Assembly: GCA_041288045.1 (NCBI GenBank)
Contig: JBGGMM010000051.1
Coordinates: forward strand, 1 to 49,379
Reading direction: 5' to 3'
Source: Pseudobdellovibrionaceae bacterium
Lineage (GTDB): Bacteria > Bdellovibrionota > Bdellovibrionia > Bdellovibrionales > Bdellovibrionaceae
Length of the DNA: 49,379 bases
Shown here: in pieces, positions 7,615 through 17,196 of the stretch
Position numbering within the stretch: position 1 is the stretch's first letter
Layout of the letters: the number at the start of each line of letters is the position of its first letter
Position numbers and translations under genes: made by a program
The notes under the pieces: model-generated
Database searches by the model: none
Told to the model about the DNA's origin: nothing
What the model saw: only the letters and a program-made list of their open reading frames with translations

Positions 7615-9009
7615 TCAAAGATCAAAAACCTTCCCCGGATTCATAATCTGATCCGGATCGAAGACCTTCTTAATCCCTCTCATCAATTCAATCTCAGCTT
7701 TTGAGCGAGTGTAACTCAAGAAAGATTTCTTGGTGAGTCCCACGCCGTGTTCAGCGGAAATACTGCCGGCTTGTTTTCGAACGGCATCAAAAACCATTTG
7801 ATCGACCTTGCGACATTCTTGCACGAACTCTTCTTTGCTCATGCCCTTGGGTCTTAGGATATTGATGTGCAAATTGCCATCACCAATATGGCCAAACCAG
7901 ATCACTTCCCAAGTGGGGTAGGCCTGAGAGAGAATTCCATCCAGCGCGTGCATAAAGGCCGGAACTTTTGAAATGGCGACAGAAATATCGTTTTTGTAGG
8001 GGGAGTATTTGGCCAAAGACTCTGAAATGTCCTCGCGAAGACGCCAAAAATTTTTAGCTTGGGAATCAGACTGGCTCATCGCTCCGTCGACCACCAGACC
8101 TTTTTCCACACAGGATTCAAAAACTTCTAGAGCTGCCGCTTGTTCGGCTTCTGAGCGCATTTCCACTTCGGCTAGAACGTAATAATCACTGACGCTTTCA
8201 AAAGGTCTTGGCAGATTCGTGCTTTCAATCACTTTTTGCAGAGCTTTTTCAGAGAACATTTCAAAAGCCACCAAAGTGCATTTGCGCTTGAATTCGCTAA
8301 ACACACTCATCACTGCATCCAATCCGGAAACACCCAGAACTAGGACTTGCAAAGGAGGTGGAGCTTGAGTCAATCGGATCTGTGCTTCTGTGACAAATCC
8401 TAAAACGCCTTCACTGCCGATAAAAAGATGGCGCAGATCCAGGCCCGTGGCGTTTTTCACCAGCGAATTGTTCAAATCCAAAATTTCCCCAGCTCCAGTG
8501 ACCACTTTCAAGCCCGACACCCAATCGCGAGTCAGCCCGTAGCGAACCACTTTGATCCCGCCAGCATTGGTGGCGATATTGCCGCCCATCTGCGAAGAGC
8601 CCCGAGCGGCAAAGTCCACAGGGTAATAAAGTCCTTTGTCGTGGGCATATTGCTGCAAGGATTCTGTGACCACGCCAGCTTGAATGGTGACCACTTGATC
8701 GACTTCGCTGAAATTCAAAATCTGATTCATTTTTTCAAATGAAACGATGACTTCGCCTTGAGTGGCAACAGCAGCCCCGCTCAAGCCCGTGCGTCCGCCT
8801 GAGGGGACAAGAGCGATTTTATTTTTTCTCGCCCAGAGAACGATTTTTTGCACCTCTTCTGTGGTCAAAGGAAAGAGGATGGCTGAAGCCTGAATATCGA
8901 AATAAGTGGTCCAATCTTTTCCATAGTATTTCAAAGATTCCAAATCCGTTTTGATCTGGTCGGGTTTGAGAAAATTCAATTCACTGAGGAAATTGGCGAC
9001 TTTTGACAT
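7615..9009 (-). CDS. FAD-linked oxidase / D-2-hydroxyacid (D-2-hydroxyglutarate-like) dehydrogenase
   Basis: PSGGRTGLSG, GGNIATNAGG, GSEGVLG, FGHIGDGNLH, SAEHGVG, MNPGK; start set at ATG 9009. Confidence 0.9.
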   Translation of the reverse strand: MSKVANFLSELNFLKPDQIKTDLESLKYYGKDWTTYFDIQASAILFPLTTEEVQKIVLWARKNKIALVPSGGRTGLSGAAVATQGEVIVSFEKMNQILNFSEVDQVVTIQAGVVTESLQQYAHDKGLYYPVDFAARGSSQMGGNIATNAGGIKVVRYGLTRDWVSGLKVVTGAGEILDLNNSLVKNATGLDLRHLFIGSEGVLGFVTEAQIRLTQAPPPLQVLVLGVSGLDAVMSVFSEFKRKCTLVAFEMFSEKALQKVIESTNLPRPFESVSDYYVLAEVEMRSEAEQAAALEVFESCVEKGLVVDGAMSQSDSQAKNFWRLREDISESLAKYSPYKNDISVAISKVPAFMHALDGILSQAYPTWEVIWFGHIGDGNLHINILRPKGMSKEEFVQECRKVDQMVFDAVRKQAGSISAEHGVGLTKKSFLSYTRSKAEIELMRGIKKVFDPDQIMNPGKVFDL

Positions 9010-9038
9010 AGGCCCTCTTTGCAAAGGCTATTTAATCC

Positions 9039-9404
9039 CTATTTTACTTTCAGGGCAAGAAGGCTTCTCGCGAATGTATCGGCGCTGAGATCCAAACTTT
9101 GATTTTCAATATGCTTCTGATGCATGCGTTCAAGCAGCTCCAAGCTTTTTTCAAACACATCTGCAATTTGAGTTTGCGGTTTTTGCGCCATGACTTCCAA
9201 ACGCTCACAGATTTGTGAAACTCCGGGAAAGCCATAGGTTTTCCCAGTGCCTTTCAGCTTGTGGTATTCCTCTTCCAAAGCTTTCCAATCCTGGGCTTCT
9301 GTGAGCTTGCGAAGTTTTTCGATTTTTTGCGGGAACTTCAGAAGGTATTCGCGGCGCAGCTCTTGAAGGACTTCAGAGAGTTTCTGTTTTGCTGTTGTGC
9401 TCAT
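9039..9404 (-). CDS. Stand-alone Hpt (histidine phosphotransfer) protein
   Basis: HKLKGTGKTYGF motif in a helical 121-aa protein. Confidence 0.85.
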   Translation of the reverse strand: MSTTAKQKLSEVLQELRREYLLKFPQKIEKLRKLTEAQDWKALEEEYHKLKGTGKTYGFPGVSQICERLEVMAQKPQTQIADVFEKSLELLERMHQKHIENQSLDLSADTFARSLLALKVK

Positions 9405-9604
9405 GGAATGAATCGCTTTTCCTGAATTTTGGCAGTGCGAATTTTAAAAAAAGAGTAAACAGGGCAAATTCCCCAGCTGGCAGTCAAAACCAGATAAGCT
9501 CCACCAAAGGCCCACCAAGGTCCACCGGCCACAGCCCAGGCCGTCAAAAGCACGCCTAAAAAAAATCGCAGGGCTCGGTCCCAAATGGCCAGGTTGATCT
9601 TCAT
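9401..9604 (-). CDS. DUF2892/YgaP-like small membrane protein
   Basis: N..WDRALR...two TM segments...GICPVYSFF; ATGA overlap with the Hpt gene. Confidence 0.8.
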   Translation of the reverse strand: MKINLAIWDRALRFFLGVLLTAWAVAGGPWWAFGGAYLVLTASWGICPVYSFFKIRTAKIQEKRFIP

Positions 9605-9715
9605 AGCCCTCATGGTAAAGGTCTTCTGGGCAGCGAGGCAACTGTTTCCCTGTAAATAAAACCTTGATCTTTGGGAAGCCGAGAAAAAAAATAGAAATTT
9701 CGAAAGGCAGGAGCC

Positions 9716-10705
9716 ATGGCCCGTATTCAGACCTCCTTCACTGAAATGATGAAATGCGATCTCCCCTTAATTGGAGCACCGATGTTCCTGGTCTCTAATG
9801 TGGAGATGGTCGTCGCCATCAGTGAGGCGGGTGGAGTTGGGACTTTTCCGGCTTTGAATTACCGTCCGATCGAGGCCTATCAAAAAGCCTTGAAAGAAAT
9901 CAAAGCTCGCACTCAAAAGCCCATTGGCGTCAATATCATCGTCAATAAGAGCAACACCCGTCAGAACGAGGACCTCAAGCAGGCATTGGATGCTGGAGTC
10001 GAGCTGCTCATCACTTCGCTTGGAAGTCCCCGACAAGTGATCGTCGATGCCCATAAAAATGGAACTAAAGTCGTCTGTGACGTCACCAATTTAGAACATG
10101 CCAAAAAAGTCCAGGACATGGGAGCCGATGGAGTCATCGCCGTCAGCAGCGGAGCCGGTGGGCACGCAGGTCCAATTTCACCGCTGGTGCTGATTCCCTG
10201 GCTGCAGAAAGAATTGCGAATCCCAGTGATTGCCGCAGGTGGTATTGCCGATGGACGCAGTTTCGCCGCCGCTTTGACCTTGGGCGCATCAGCCGTCAGT
10301 GTTGGAACTCGGTTTATCGCTTCGAAAGAAGCCGGGGTTGAAATGAGCTACAAAGAAGCCATCGTCAAATCGACTCCTGAAGATATCGTCATGACCATGA
10401 GAGTGTCGGGCACTCCGGCTGCCGTTATCAACACTCCTTATGTGCAGAAAATGGGTTTAGAGCTTCCCTGGTATTTGCGAGCTTTGAAAAATCAAAAGCT
10501 CACAAAAAAATTCATTGTCCCCTTGATTCACTGGATGGGAATGAAACAAATGGAGCAAGCGGCTGTAGGTCCGACTTGGAAAACAGTGTGGAGTGCAGGT
10601 CAATCTGTGGGTTTGATTCATGAAATTTTGAGCTGTCCAGAAATCATTGAAAAAATGCTTCGCGAGTATGAGGAATCCATTCAACAACAACCCAAGGTGA
10701 ACTGA
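9716..10705 (+). CDS. Nitronate monooxygenase / FabK-like flavin oxidoreductase
   Basis: APMFLVS, GAGGHAG, IAAGGIADG, VGTRFIAS. Confidence 0.9.
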   Translation: MARIQTSFTEMMKCDLPLIGAPMFLVSNVEMVVAISEAGGVGTFPALNYRPIEAYQKALKEIKARTQKPIGVNIIVNKSNTRQNEDLKQALDAGVELLITSLGSPRQVIVDAHKNGTKVVCDVTNLEHAKKVQDMGADGVIAVSSGAGGHAGPISPLVLIPWLQKELRIPVIAAGGIADGRSFAAALTLGASAVSVGTRFIASKEAGVEMSYKEAIVKSTPEDIVMTMRVSGTPAAVINTPYVQKMGLELPWYLRALKNQKLTKKFIVPLIHWMGMKQMEQAAVGPTWKTVWSAGQSVGLIHEILSCPEIIEKMLREYEESIQQQPKVN

Positions 10706-10706
10706 T

Positions 10707-11522
10707 ATGGCCAAAGTCAAATACATCCATGGATTCGATCCCACCGAGCAAAATCGATTGATTGATCAAGCCGAATTTCTGGAGCCCTTTATTTATGCCG
10801 GCGTGGATTTGGATTTCAAAGAAAGACTGCTCGAAGTCGGCTGCGGAGTGGGAGCTCAATCCAAAATTCTTCTGCGCCGATTCCCCAAACTGAAAATCGA
10901 TGGCATCGACATTTCCAAAGAGCAATTGGAAGTCGCCAAAAAATATCTCAAATCAGAAATCCAACAAAAGCGAATGACGCTCACTCAGAAAGACGCGCAA
11001 ACTTTCGATTTGAAAAAACCCAAATACGATGCCGCTTTTCTCTGTTGGTTTCTTGAACACGTCCCAGATCCACTGAAGGTTTTGAAGCAAGTCCGGAAGC
11101 ATCTCAAACCCGGAGCGAAAATCTATTGCAGCGAAGTTTTCAACCAGACTTTATTTATCGAACCTTACAGCCCGGCTTACCTGAAATACTGGTTTGAATT
11201 CAACGATTTCCAATGGTCCATCGGCGGTCATCCCTTTGTCGGCGGAATGCTGGGCCATTACCTAAAACAAGCGGGATTCGTCGATATTCAAACGGAAGTC
11301 CGTTCTTTTCACTTCGACTCTCGAGAGCCCGAGCGCCGAAAAGCATTCGTTGATTATTTCTACCAAATTCTTCTCAGCGCCAAAGACACTCTTCTCAAAG
11401 AAGGCCGTGTGAGCCAAGAAATGCTCAAGCAAATGGACGCCGAAGTGGAAAGAGTCAAGCGAGCCAAGGATTCGGTTTTTTTCTATGCTTGGATGCGAGC
11501 AACGGCTCGCGTTCCGGAGTGA
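10707..11522 (+). CDS. Class I SAM-dependent methyltransferase
   Basis: LLEVGCGVG, GIDIS, LEHVPDP, LKPGA. Confidence 0.9.
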   Translation: MAKVKYIHGFDPTEQNRLIDQAEFLEPFIYAGVDLDFKERLLEVGCGVGAQSKILLRRFPKLKIDGIDISKEQLEVAKKYLKSEIQQKRMTLTQKDAQTFDLKKPKYDAAFLCWFLEHVPDPLKVLKQVRKHLKPGAKIYCSEVFNQTLFIEPYSPAYLKYWFEFNDFQWSIGGHPFVGGMLGHYLKQAGFVDIQTEVRSFHFDSREPERRKAFVDYFYQILLSAKDTLLKEGRVSQEMLKQMDAEVERVKRAKDSVFFYAWMRATARVPE

Positions 11523-11526
11523 TGGA

Positions 11527-12210
11527 TTATTTCGAGCAAACCCACTGATGAACCAGGCCGCCCTTGAAATCATAATCCGCAGTGAGAACAGAGTCCTTTC
11601 GCGGTTGTCCGCACTGGACAGTCAGAGTCAGATGAGTCTTTCCATTGTTCAGAGGTGTTTGCGCTGTGGTGACATAATAAGAGCAAGGTGAAGGACAGGC
11701 TTTCGCCATTTGCTTTCCCTCTGAGTTGGTCCCTTGCAAAGTGTTTTCCGTGTATCTCTTGATATCTTCTTTGTCTTTCAAATCGGCGACAAAGGTTTGA
11801 GCTGGCATGGATTCACACTCGACGACAGGTCTGATTTTGACTGGATTGATCGAAGCCAAATAAGAAACAAGATTCTTTTGTTGGCAGGTTCCACAGCGAC
11901 TGGTGTCCGCTTGTTTTTCATCCACCTTGGGCTTCACTGAAAGCATGATTTCATCCACAGAAGCTGTGGCGTTCATGAGGGTGCCCTTTTTTGATTCGAT
12001 TTTCTCAACAATTTCAAGACCGCTTTCAGGGCACTCGCTATTGCCGGCAAGGCCAGTGTCTTTCAAATGATTTTCCAAAGAGCTCTTCAAAAGACCGAGC
12101 CCCTCTTGCATGAAGGAATCTTTATCAAAGGCAATTTCTGTTGTGACAGCGAATGAAGTTTGAAAAGTGAAAAAAGTCAGACAAATCAAAAGCAAAGCAG
12201 CAATTTTCAT
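11527..12210 (-). CDS. Secreted cysteine-rich hypothetical protein
   Basis: Signal peptide MKIAALLLICLTFFTFQTSFA; AGGGGG upstream of ATG 12210; 8 Cys in the mature part. Confidence 0.75.
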   Translation of the reverse strand: MKIAALLLICLTFFTFQTSFAVTTEIAFDKDSFMQEGLGLLKSSLENHLKDTGLAGNSECPESGLEIVEKIESKKGTLMNATASVDEIMLSVKPKVDEKQADTSRCGTCQQKNLVSYLASINPVKIRPVVECESMPAQTFVADLKDKEDIKRYTENTLQGTNSEGKQMAKACPSPCSYYVTTAQTPLNNGKTHLTLTVQCGQPRKDSVLTADYDFKGGLVHQWVCSK

Positions 12211-12342
12211 GAAGGTCCCCCCTGGAGCCGCTTGAGCAAAGCAGGTTTCGGGCCACAACCAAGCTGTATTGATTTTGATTTGATCGCAGAAGTGTTGAAA
12301 AAACTTTAGGATCGGCTGACTTTTGTCGGTCTGAGCTCAGAA

Positions 12343-12651
12343 TCAACTCTTCAATAGAGTCTGCAGCTCGCCGGTTTCATACATTTCCATCATGATGTCG
12401 CTGCCGCCAACCAATTGTTTCTTCACGTAGAGCTGAGGAATGGTGGGCCAGTTGCCATAAGCTTTGATGCCTTCGCGGATCTCTTGGTCTTCAAGGACAT
12501 TGACGTGAGCGAACTCCACGCCCAGGTCTTGAAGGATGGCAGTGGCGCGGGCCGAAAATCCGCACATTGGGAATTGAGCAGTGCCTTTCATGAAAAGCAC
12601 GACTGAATTTGCATCTAGAATTTGTTCGATTTTTTCTTTCACGTCAGACAT
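12343..12651 (-). CDS. grxD: Monothiol glutaredoxin (Grx4)
   Basis: FMKGT..FPMCGFS, WPTIPQLY, GGSDI; start at ATG 12651 with AGGAG upstream. Confidence 0.95.
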   Translation of the reverse strand: MSDVKEKIEQILDANSVVLFMKGTAQFPMCGFSARATAILQDLGVEFAHVNVLEDQEIREGIKAYGNWPTIPQLYVKKQLVGGSDIMMEMYETGELQTLLKS

Positions 12652-12665
12652 TGGCGTTCGACTCC

Positions 12666-12902
12666 TTAGGATTGTGATTTCAATTTGGTTCGGATGGAAA
12701 GAGCGTGGACTTCGCCGGTGCCGAGTTCGGGACCAAAAACAGCCATCACGGCTTGATGTTGCTGGATTCGGCTCAGACCCTGGAAGGCTTGGCTTTCTAC
12801 CATAACTTCCCAATGATCTTGAGTGCCAGTGAGATCAGTCACTTCCACAGAGGCATCCGGATAGGCCTTCAAAAGTCGTTCTTTCATCATTTCGAGTGTC
12901 AT
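12666..12902 (-). CDS. BolA/IbaG family protein
   Basis: DLTGTQDHW, FQGLSRIQQHQAV, VHALSIRT; next to grxD. Confidence 0.92.
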   Translation of the reverse strand: MTLEMMKERLLKAYPDASVEVTDLTGTQDHWEVMVESQAFQGLSRIQQHQAVMAVFGPELGTGEVHALSIRTKLKSQS

Positions 12903-12922
12903 GAGGGATCTTTTATCTGGAA

Positions 12923-14890
12923 ATGTATTTCTTGTCGAGAGGCTTTCAGAACTTGTCCTGGCCTGAAATTTGTTTAAAATCAGCCCTGAAAGGGGATTTT
13001 CTGCCAATTCCGTTATTTTTAGCTGCAGTTCTGCTGACTTTGGTATTTTACAGCCTGGAGAGGCTGCAGTTTTTGCTTTGGAACTGGAGCTATTTTCAAT
13101 CTCAGCCTCTCAGCGAGATTTTATTGGCATTTCTGCAGGGACTTCGTTTTGACCTTTCAGCAGTTGCCATTTTGGCAGTGATTCCATTTTTTTCCTTTTG
13201 GTGTTGGCAGATGTTGGACCGAAGTCCTTTGAGCCGGCCCAAGCAGAGAGGGCTTTTAGGGCTGTATCTGGTTTTTCAGCTACCAACCATGGTGCTCAAT
13301 CTCGCTGATGCCGAATTCATCAATTTTCTCGGTCGGCGCTACACTTTTGATGCGCTTTTTTTCTTTCGCGAGATTCCAGGAAAATTTTGGCGTCTCTTGA
13401 GTTTTTACTGGAAGCTCAATCTGATCAATTTGTGTCTCTTAACTGGCTTTTGTTTTTTATGTCTGTGGTGGCTGCCGCGAGTGGTGCCAGCTCGCAATTG
13501 GAATTTGAAAAAGACCGGTGCCTGGGGATTTGCGGTTTTGGCGAGCCTAGTAATTGCCCTTCGTGGAGGCTTGCAAAGCAAACCCATCGGCTTTGCCCAT
13601 GCCCAAGTGTTTGCCCAGCCGATGATGAACAGCTTGGTCCTGAATTCGTCTTTCACTTTTCTGCAAACCATCAAACGCAAGAGCTTGCCGCGAGAAAATT
13701 ATTTTTCAAGTGAAGAGATGTTGAAATGGGTTCGTTTTGGACCCAATGGCCCTTCACTGCTGGAAGGCCACAGACCTGAAAAACCCAACATTGTCCTGAT
13801 TATTCTTGAGAGCTTCAATTTGGACTACATGGGAAGACCGCACGGGGATCAGGGTTACACTCCTTTTTTGGATGAGCTTTCCAAACAGAGCTTGTTTTTT
13901 CCAAATGGAATTGCCAATGCCAGGCGTTCCATCGAGGGAATTGGGGCCATCATGGGGGGCATCCCAGCTCTGATGAATGAACCCTTTGTCTCTTCTCAAT
14001 ATCTCACCAATTACTTTCTGGGAGTGGGCACTTGGCTGCAGAGAAAGAATTATCACACCAGCTTTTTTCATGGAGCCCAAAACACGTCGATGTATTTCGA
14101 CCAATTCATGAAAAGTGCAGGAGTGCAAAATTATTTCGGTCTTAACGAGTATCCGGATCCGAGTCATTCGAATAGCACTTGGGGGATTTGGGATGAGCCC
14201 TTTTTGCAGTGGGCAAATCAAAAAATCTCGGGTTTCCCGCAGCCTTTTTTCACTTCGATTTTTACTCTTTCCTCGCACAATCCTTTTGATATTCCGGCCG
14301 AATACACTGGGAAATTTCCAAAAGGGAATTTGGATATTCATGAGTCGATTGGTTATGCTGATTATTCTTTGCGAAAGTTTTTTGAATCGGCTCGCCAGCA
14401 GCCTTGGTTTCAAAACACGATTTTCATTTTAACTGCCGATCACACTTACAAACCAGGCCGGCCACAATATGACAATCAGCTGGGAACTTACCAGATTCCG
14501 GTGTTGATTTATGCGCCGGGATTTTCGTTGCCGAAAGTCGATGAAGGCCAAATTGTCCAGCAAATCGATCTCTTGCCCACCATCCTGGATTTGGTCGGTC
14601 TTGAGGAAAAAGAAAAAAATTATCTTGGCAGCAGTGTCTTCGTTCCGGGTGATCGGGCCGCCGTCACTTATTCGGATGGACATTATCTACTGGTGACTCG
14701 CTCCCATTTTCTCACTCATTCGCGGGGCGGGGATTTCAAAATGTACTCGATGCAAGACCCTTTTGAAAAAGAAGCTTTGAGCGAGCCGGCCGAGAAAAAA
14801 ACCGAGCTTGAGAATCGCCTGAAAGCTTTGATTCAATATTTCAGCAAGGGGATGTGGGATAACAAGCTCTACTATCCAAGCGGTCGTTAA
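12923..14890 (+). CDS. LTA synthase family / membrane-anchored sulfatase (start uncertain)
   Basis: N-terminal TM domain with GLRFDLS and LRGG; PNIVLIILES, TLSSHNPF, TADH, QIDLLPT. Confidence 0.9.
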   Translation: MYFLSRGFQNLSWPEICLKSALKGDFLPIPLFLAAVLLTLVFYSLERLQFLLWNWSYFQSQPLSEILLAFLQGLRFDLSAVAILAVIPFFSFWCWQMLDRSPLSRPKQRGLLGLYLVFQLPTMVLNLADAEFINFLGRRYTFDALFFFREIPGKFWRLLSFYWKLNLINLCLLTGFCFLCLWWLPRVVPARNWNLKKTGAWGFAVLASLVIALRGGLQSKPIGFAHAQVFAQPMMNSLVLNSSFTFLQTIKRKSLPRENYFSSEEMLKWVRFGPNGPSLLEGHRPEKPNIVLIILESFNLDYMGRPHGDQGYTPFLDELSKQSLFFPNGIANARRSIEGIGAIMGGIPALMNEPFVSSQYLTNYFLGVGTWLQRKNYHTSFFHGAQNTSMYFDQFMKSAGVQNYFGLNEYPDPSHSNSTWGIWDEPFLQWANQKISGFPQPFFTSIFTLSSHNPFDIPAEYTGKFPKGNLDIHESIGYADYSLRKFFESARQQPWFQNTIFILTADHTYKPGRPQYDNQLGTYQIPVLIYAPGFSLPKVDEGQIVQQIDLLPTILDLVGLEEKEKNYLGSSVFVPGDRAAVTYSDGHYLLVTRSHFLTHSRGGDFKMYSMQDPFEKEALSEPAEKKTELENRLKALIQYFSKGMWDNKLYYPSGR

Positions 14891-14932
14891 TTCTTGCTTC
14901 TTCATCGGATCTTTGCGAAAACTTTTGGACGC

Positions 14933-15292
14933 ATGAAATTGTTTTTTGCTCCCGCTCCACCAGAGCATCAAAAACGCGAAAAAGCGAAAGCTCGCGAGCT
15001 TCGGGCTTCGCAATGGTGGAAACAGACGATCGGAAAAGGAAACTGTTATCATTGCGATGGGAAATTCAAAGCCTCTGAGCTGACGATGGATCATTTGATC
15101 CCAATAGCTCGAGGGGGAAAGTCAGATAAGAAAAATTGTGTCCCGAGCTGCAAGGATTGCAACACGAAAAAAGGGCATAAAACTCGTGCTGAGATGGCCA
15201 TGGAAGAACTAGCAGGCGACTCGGATCCTTTGCAGACTTCTTCTTCTCCAATCAGCGGGAATTCAGATTCTGACGAAAACTCGGGCAATTAA
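14933..15292 (+). CDS. Small HNH endonuclease (Zn-binding, McrA-like)
   Basis: CYHC...TMDHLIPIARGG...NCVPSCKDCNTKKG. Confidence 0.9.
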   Translation: MKLFFAPAPPEHQKREKAKARELRASQWWKQTIGKGNCYHCDGKFKASELTMDHLIPIARGGKSDKKNCVPSCKDCNTKKGHKTRAEMAMEELAGDSDPLQTSSSPISGNSDSDENSGN

Positions 15293-15384
15293 CGCGCAGC
15301 GCGGAGCCAGACGGGACTTTCTGCTTGCGTCGCCGCCCCGCGTTCCTGTTTCCTAGAAAATGATTCATCGAAAAAGGATACCAC

Positions 15385-17187
15385 GTGAGTAATAAGATTA
15401 CGAAAAGCAGCACTGCTGAATATTTCTCAAAAAACCTTCAGCAGGTCGGTTTCTCATCTCCTTTAAAAGCCGTTTTGACCACTCTCAAAGAGTCCGTCGA
15501 CAATTCACTCGATGCCTGTGAGCAGGCCGGGATCTTGCCCGAAATCGAAGTGCAAGTGCAAAGGGTCGGTCAGGGCTCATCGAAAAACACCGATCTGGTG
15601 AAAATCACTGTTGAAGACAATGGCCCTGGGATTGATCCCGATGATTTGGCCAAGGTTTTCGGCGAGTATTTGGCCTCTTCAAAATTTGGCCGTGGGCAGT
15701 GCTCACGGGGACAGCAGGGGATCGGGATTTCTGCAGCCACCACATGGGCCCAGTTGACCAATGCCAAAGGCGCTTTTGTCATGTCCAAAACCAAAAACAT
15801 GAAAAAAGCAGTGCGTGGGCAAGTGGACGTGGACATCAAATCCAACACTGGGATTTTCCGCAATCGAGAGAGCGTGGATTGGGATAAAAAATCCGGCGTT
15901 CGAGTTGAATTCACAATCGATGGCCGAGTTCAACTGAACGGTGATGGCGGCTTGATCACTTATCTCGAAGGCACGGTGCTGGTGAATCCGCACCTGACTT
16001 TGAAATACAAATTGCTTGAAAATGATTGGGCGCATGTGGAGCGAGTGACCTCCACTGTTCCTGAAATTCCAGAGGCGACTTTGCCTCATCCTCACACTTT
16101 CAAATTGGGCGAATTCATCACTCATTCGACTCTCTATGGGAAGATCAGTCTGGACAAGTTCCTGAAAACTGGATTTTCCCGGATTTCTGATCAGTCTTTG
16201 AAGGACTTTGTCGGCAAGGGGCTCCCGAAGGGTTTGCTTTCACAGCCAGTCACTTCTCTCAAAGAAGACGCATTTAAAAAAGTATTCCAAGCGGTGCAAG
16301 ACACCGAGCTGATGGCGCCTTCGACGAAATCGGTGATGACTGTGGGTGAGGATGCGCTTTCCAAATCCATTCAGCGTTTGGGTGAAGTGGACTTTTTCTC
16401 GGTTGTGACTCGAAAGCCGGCCATTTGTGATTTTAAACCTGTGGTGGTTGAAGTGGCTTTGGCTCGATTTATCAATCGCAACCAAGAAGCGGATGATTCC
16501 GTTCAGCTTCTGCGATTTGCGAATCGGGTTCCACTGCAGTTTGATAAATCCGGCTGTGCGATCACCTGGGCCATTGAATCTGTGAACTGGAAATCCTACG
16601 GGCTTCAACAGCCGAAAGGCAGTTTGCCACTGGGGCCTTATGTTTTTGCCGTGTCCCTGACATCACCTTTTATTAAATTTAAAAATGCTTCCAAGGAAAC
16701 AATTGATGCTTCGGAAGAGCTGGTCGAAGAGATTCGCCGGGCGCTGATGCAAGCCGGACAAAAACTGTCCCGGCATATCAAAAAAGAGTTCAAAGAAGCG
16801 GATCTGGAAAGAAAGTTGGCTCACATTGAGCAGTTTGGACCGATCTTGGTGGAGACTTTGGTGCGAATCACCAAATCTCCAGAATCGCGAAAAGCCAAAG
16901 CCGAAGAGGGCTTAAGAAAGCTCTTGGGCCGGGACTCCAAAGAGGCGATTGCTGATTTGGAAGAAGCCGAAAGCCGGCTGCAAAAGCAGAAATCGCGGGA
17001 AGCCAAACGTTTGGGACTTTCTGATGATGAAGACGGCGAAGGCGGTGGCGGCCGCAGAAGTGAAGCCGAAGTCGATGTGATTGGCGAAGAGATCGCTCAG
17101 CAAGCGGCAGTAGCGACCAAAGCCGGCACTAAAAAAACGACCGGGCCTGTGAGCACGAAAAAAGAAGCTGGCACTAAAAAGAAATAA
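15385..17187 (+). CDS. top6B: DNA topoisomerase VI subunit B
   Basis: GHKL motifs KESVDNSLDA, EDNGPGI, SRGQQGIGIS; transducer RFANRVPL. Confidence 0.95.
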   Translation: MSNKITKSSTAEYFSKNLQQVGFSSPLKAVLTTLKESVDNSLDACEQAGILPEIEVQVQRVGQGSSKNTDLVKITVEDNGPGIDPDDLAKVFGEYLASSKFGRGQCSRGQQGIGISAATTWAQLTNAKGAFVMSKTKNMKKAVRGQVDVDIKSNTGIFRNRESVDWDKKSGVRVEFTIDGRVQLNGDGGLITYLEGTVLVNPHLTLKYKLLENDWAHVERVTSTVPEIPEATLPHPHTFKLGEFITHSTLYGKISLDKFLKTGFSRISDQSLKDFVGKGLPKGLLSQPVTSLKEDAFKKVFQAVQDTELMAPSTKSVMTVGEDALSKSIQRLGEVDFFSVVTRKPAICDFKPVVVEVALARFINRNQEADDSVQLLRFANRVPLQFDKSGCAITWAIESVNWKSYGLQQPKGSLPLGPYVFAVSLTSPFIKFKNASKETIDASEELVEEIRRALMQAGQKLSRHIKKEFKEADLERKLAHIEQFGPILVETLVRITKSPESRKAKAEEGLRKLLGRDSKEAIADLEEAESRLQKQKSREAKRLGLSDDEDGEGGGGRRSEAEVDVIGEEIAQQAAVATKAGTKKTTGPVSTKKEAGTKKK

Positions 17188-17196
17188 GGTTGAAAA

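Noticed and set aside
12311..12335. Sigma-28-like promoters (GCCGAT/GCCGAA boxes near 12311, 19866, 20702, 35391)
   Set aside because: The -35 boxes and spacing are too degenerate to support by eye
12343..13007. Extended N-termini given by the ORF track for grxD and bolA (also 20642, 42662, 43651)
   Set aside because: They overlap neighbouring genes or precede the family-typical start; downstream ATGs fit better
14933..15292. HNH protein as mobiliser of the repeats or as an RNA-guided nuclease
   Set aside because: Small solo HNH with no RuvC or RT domain, not adjacent to a repeat; no sequence evidence links them
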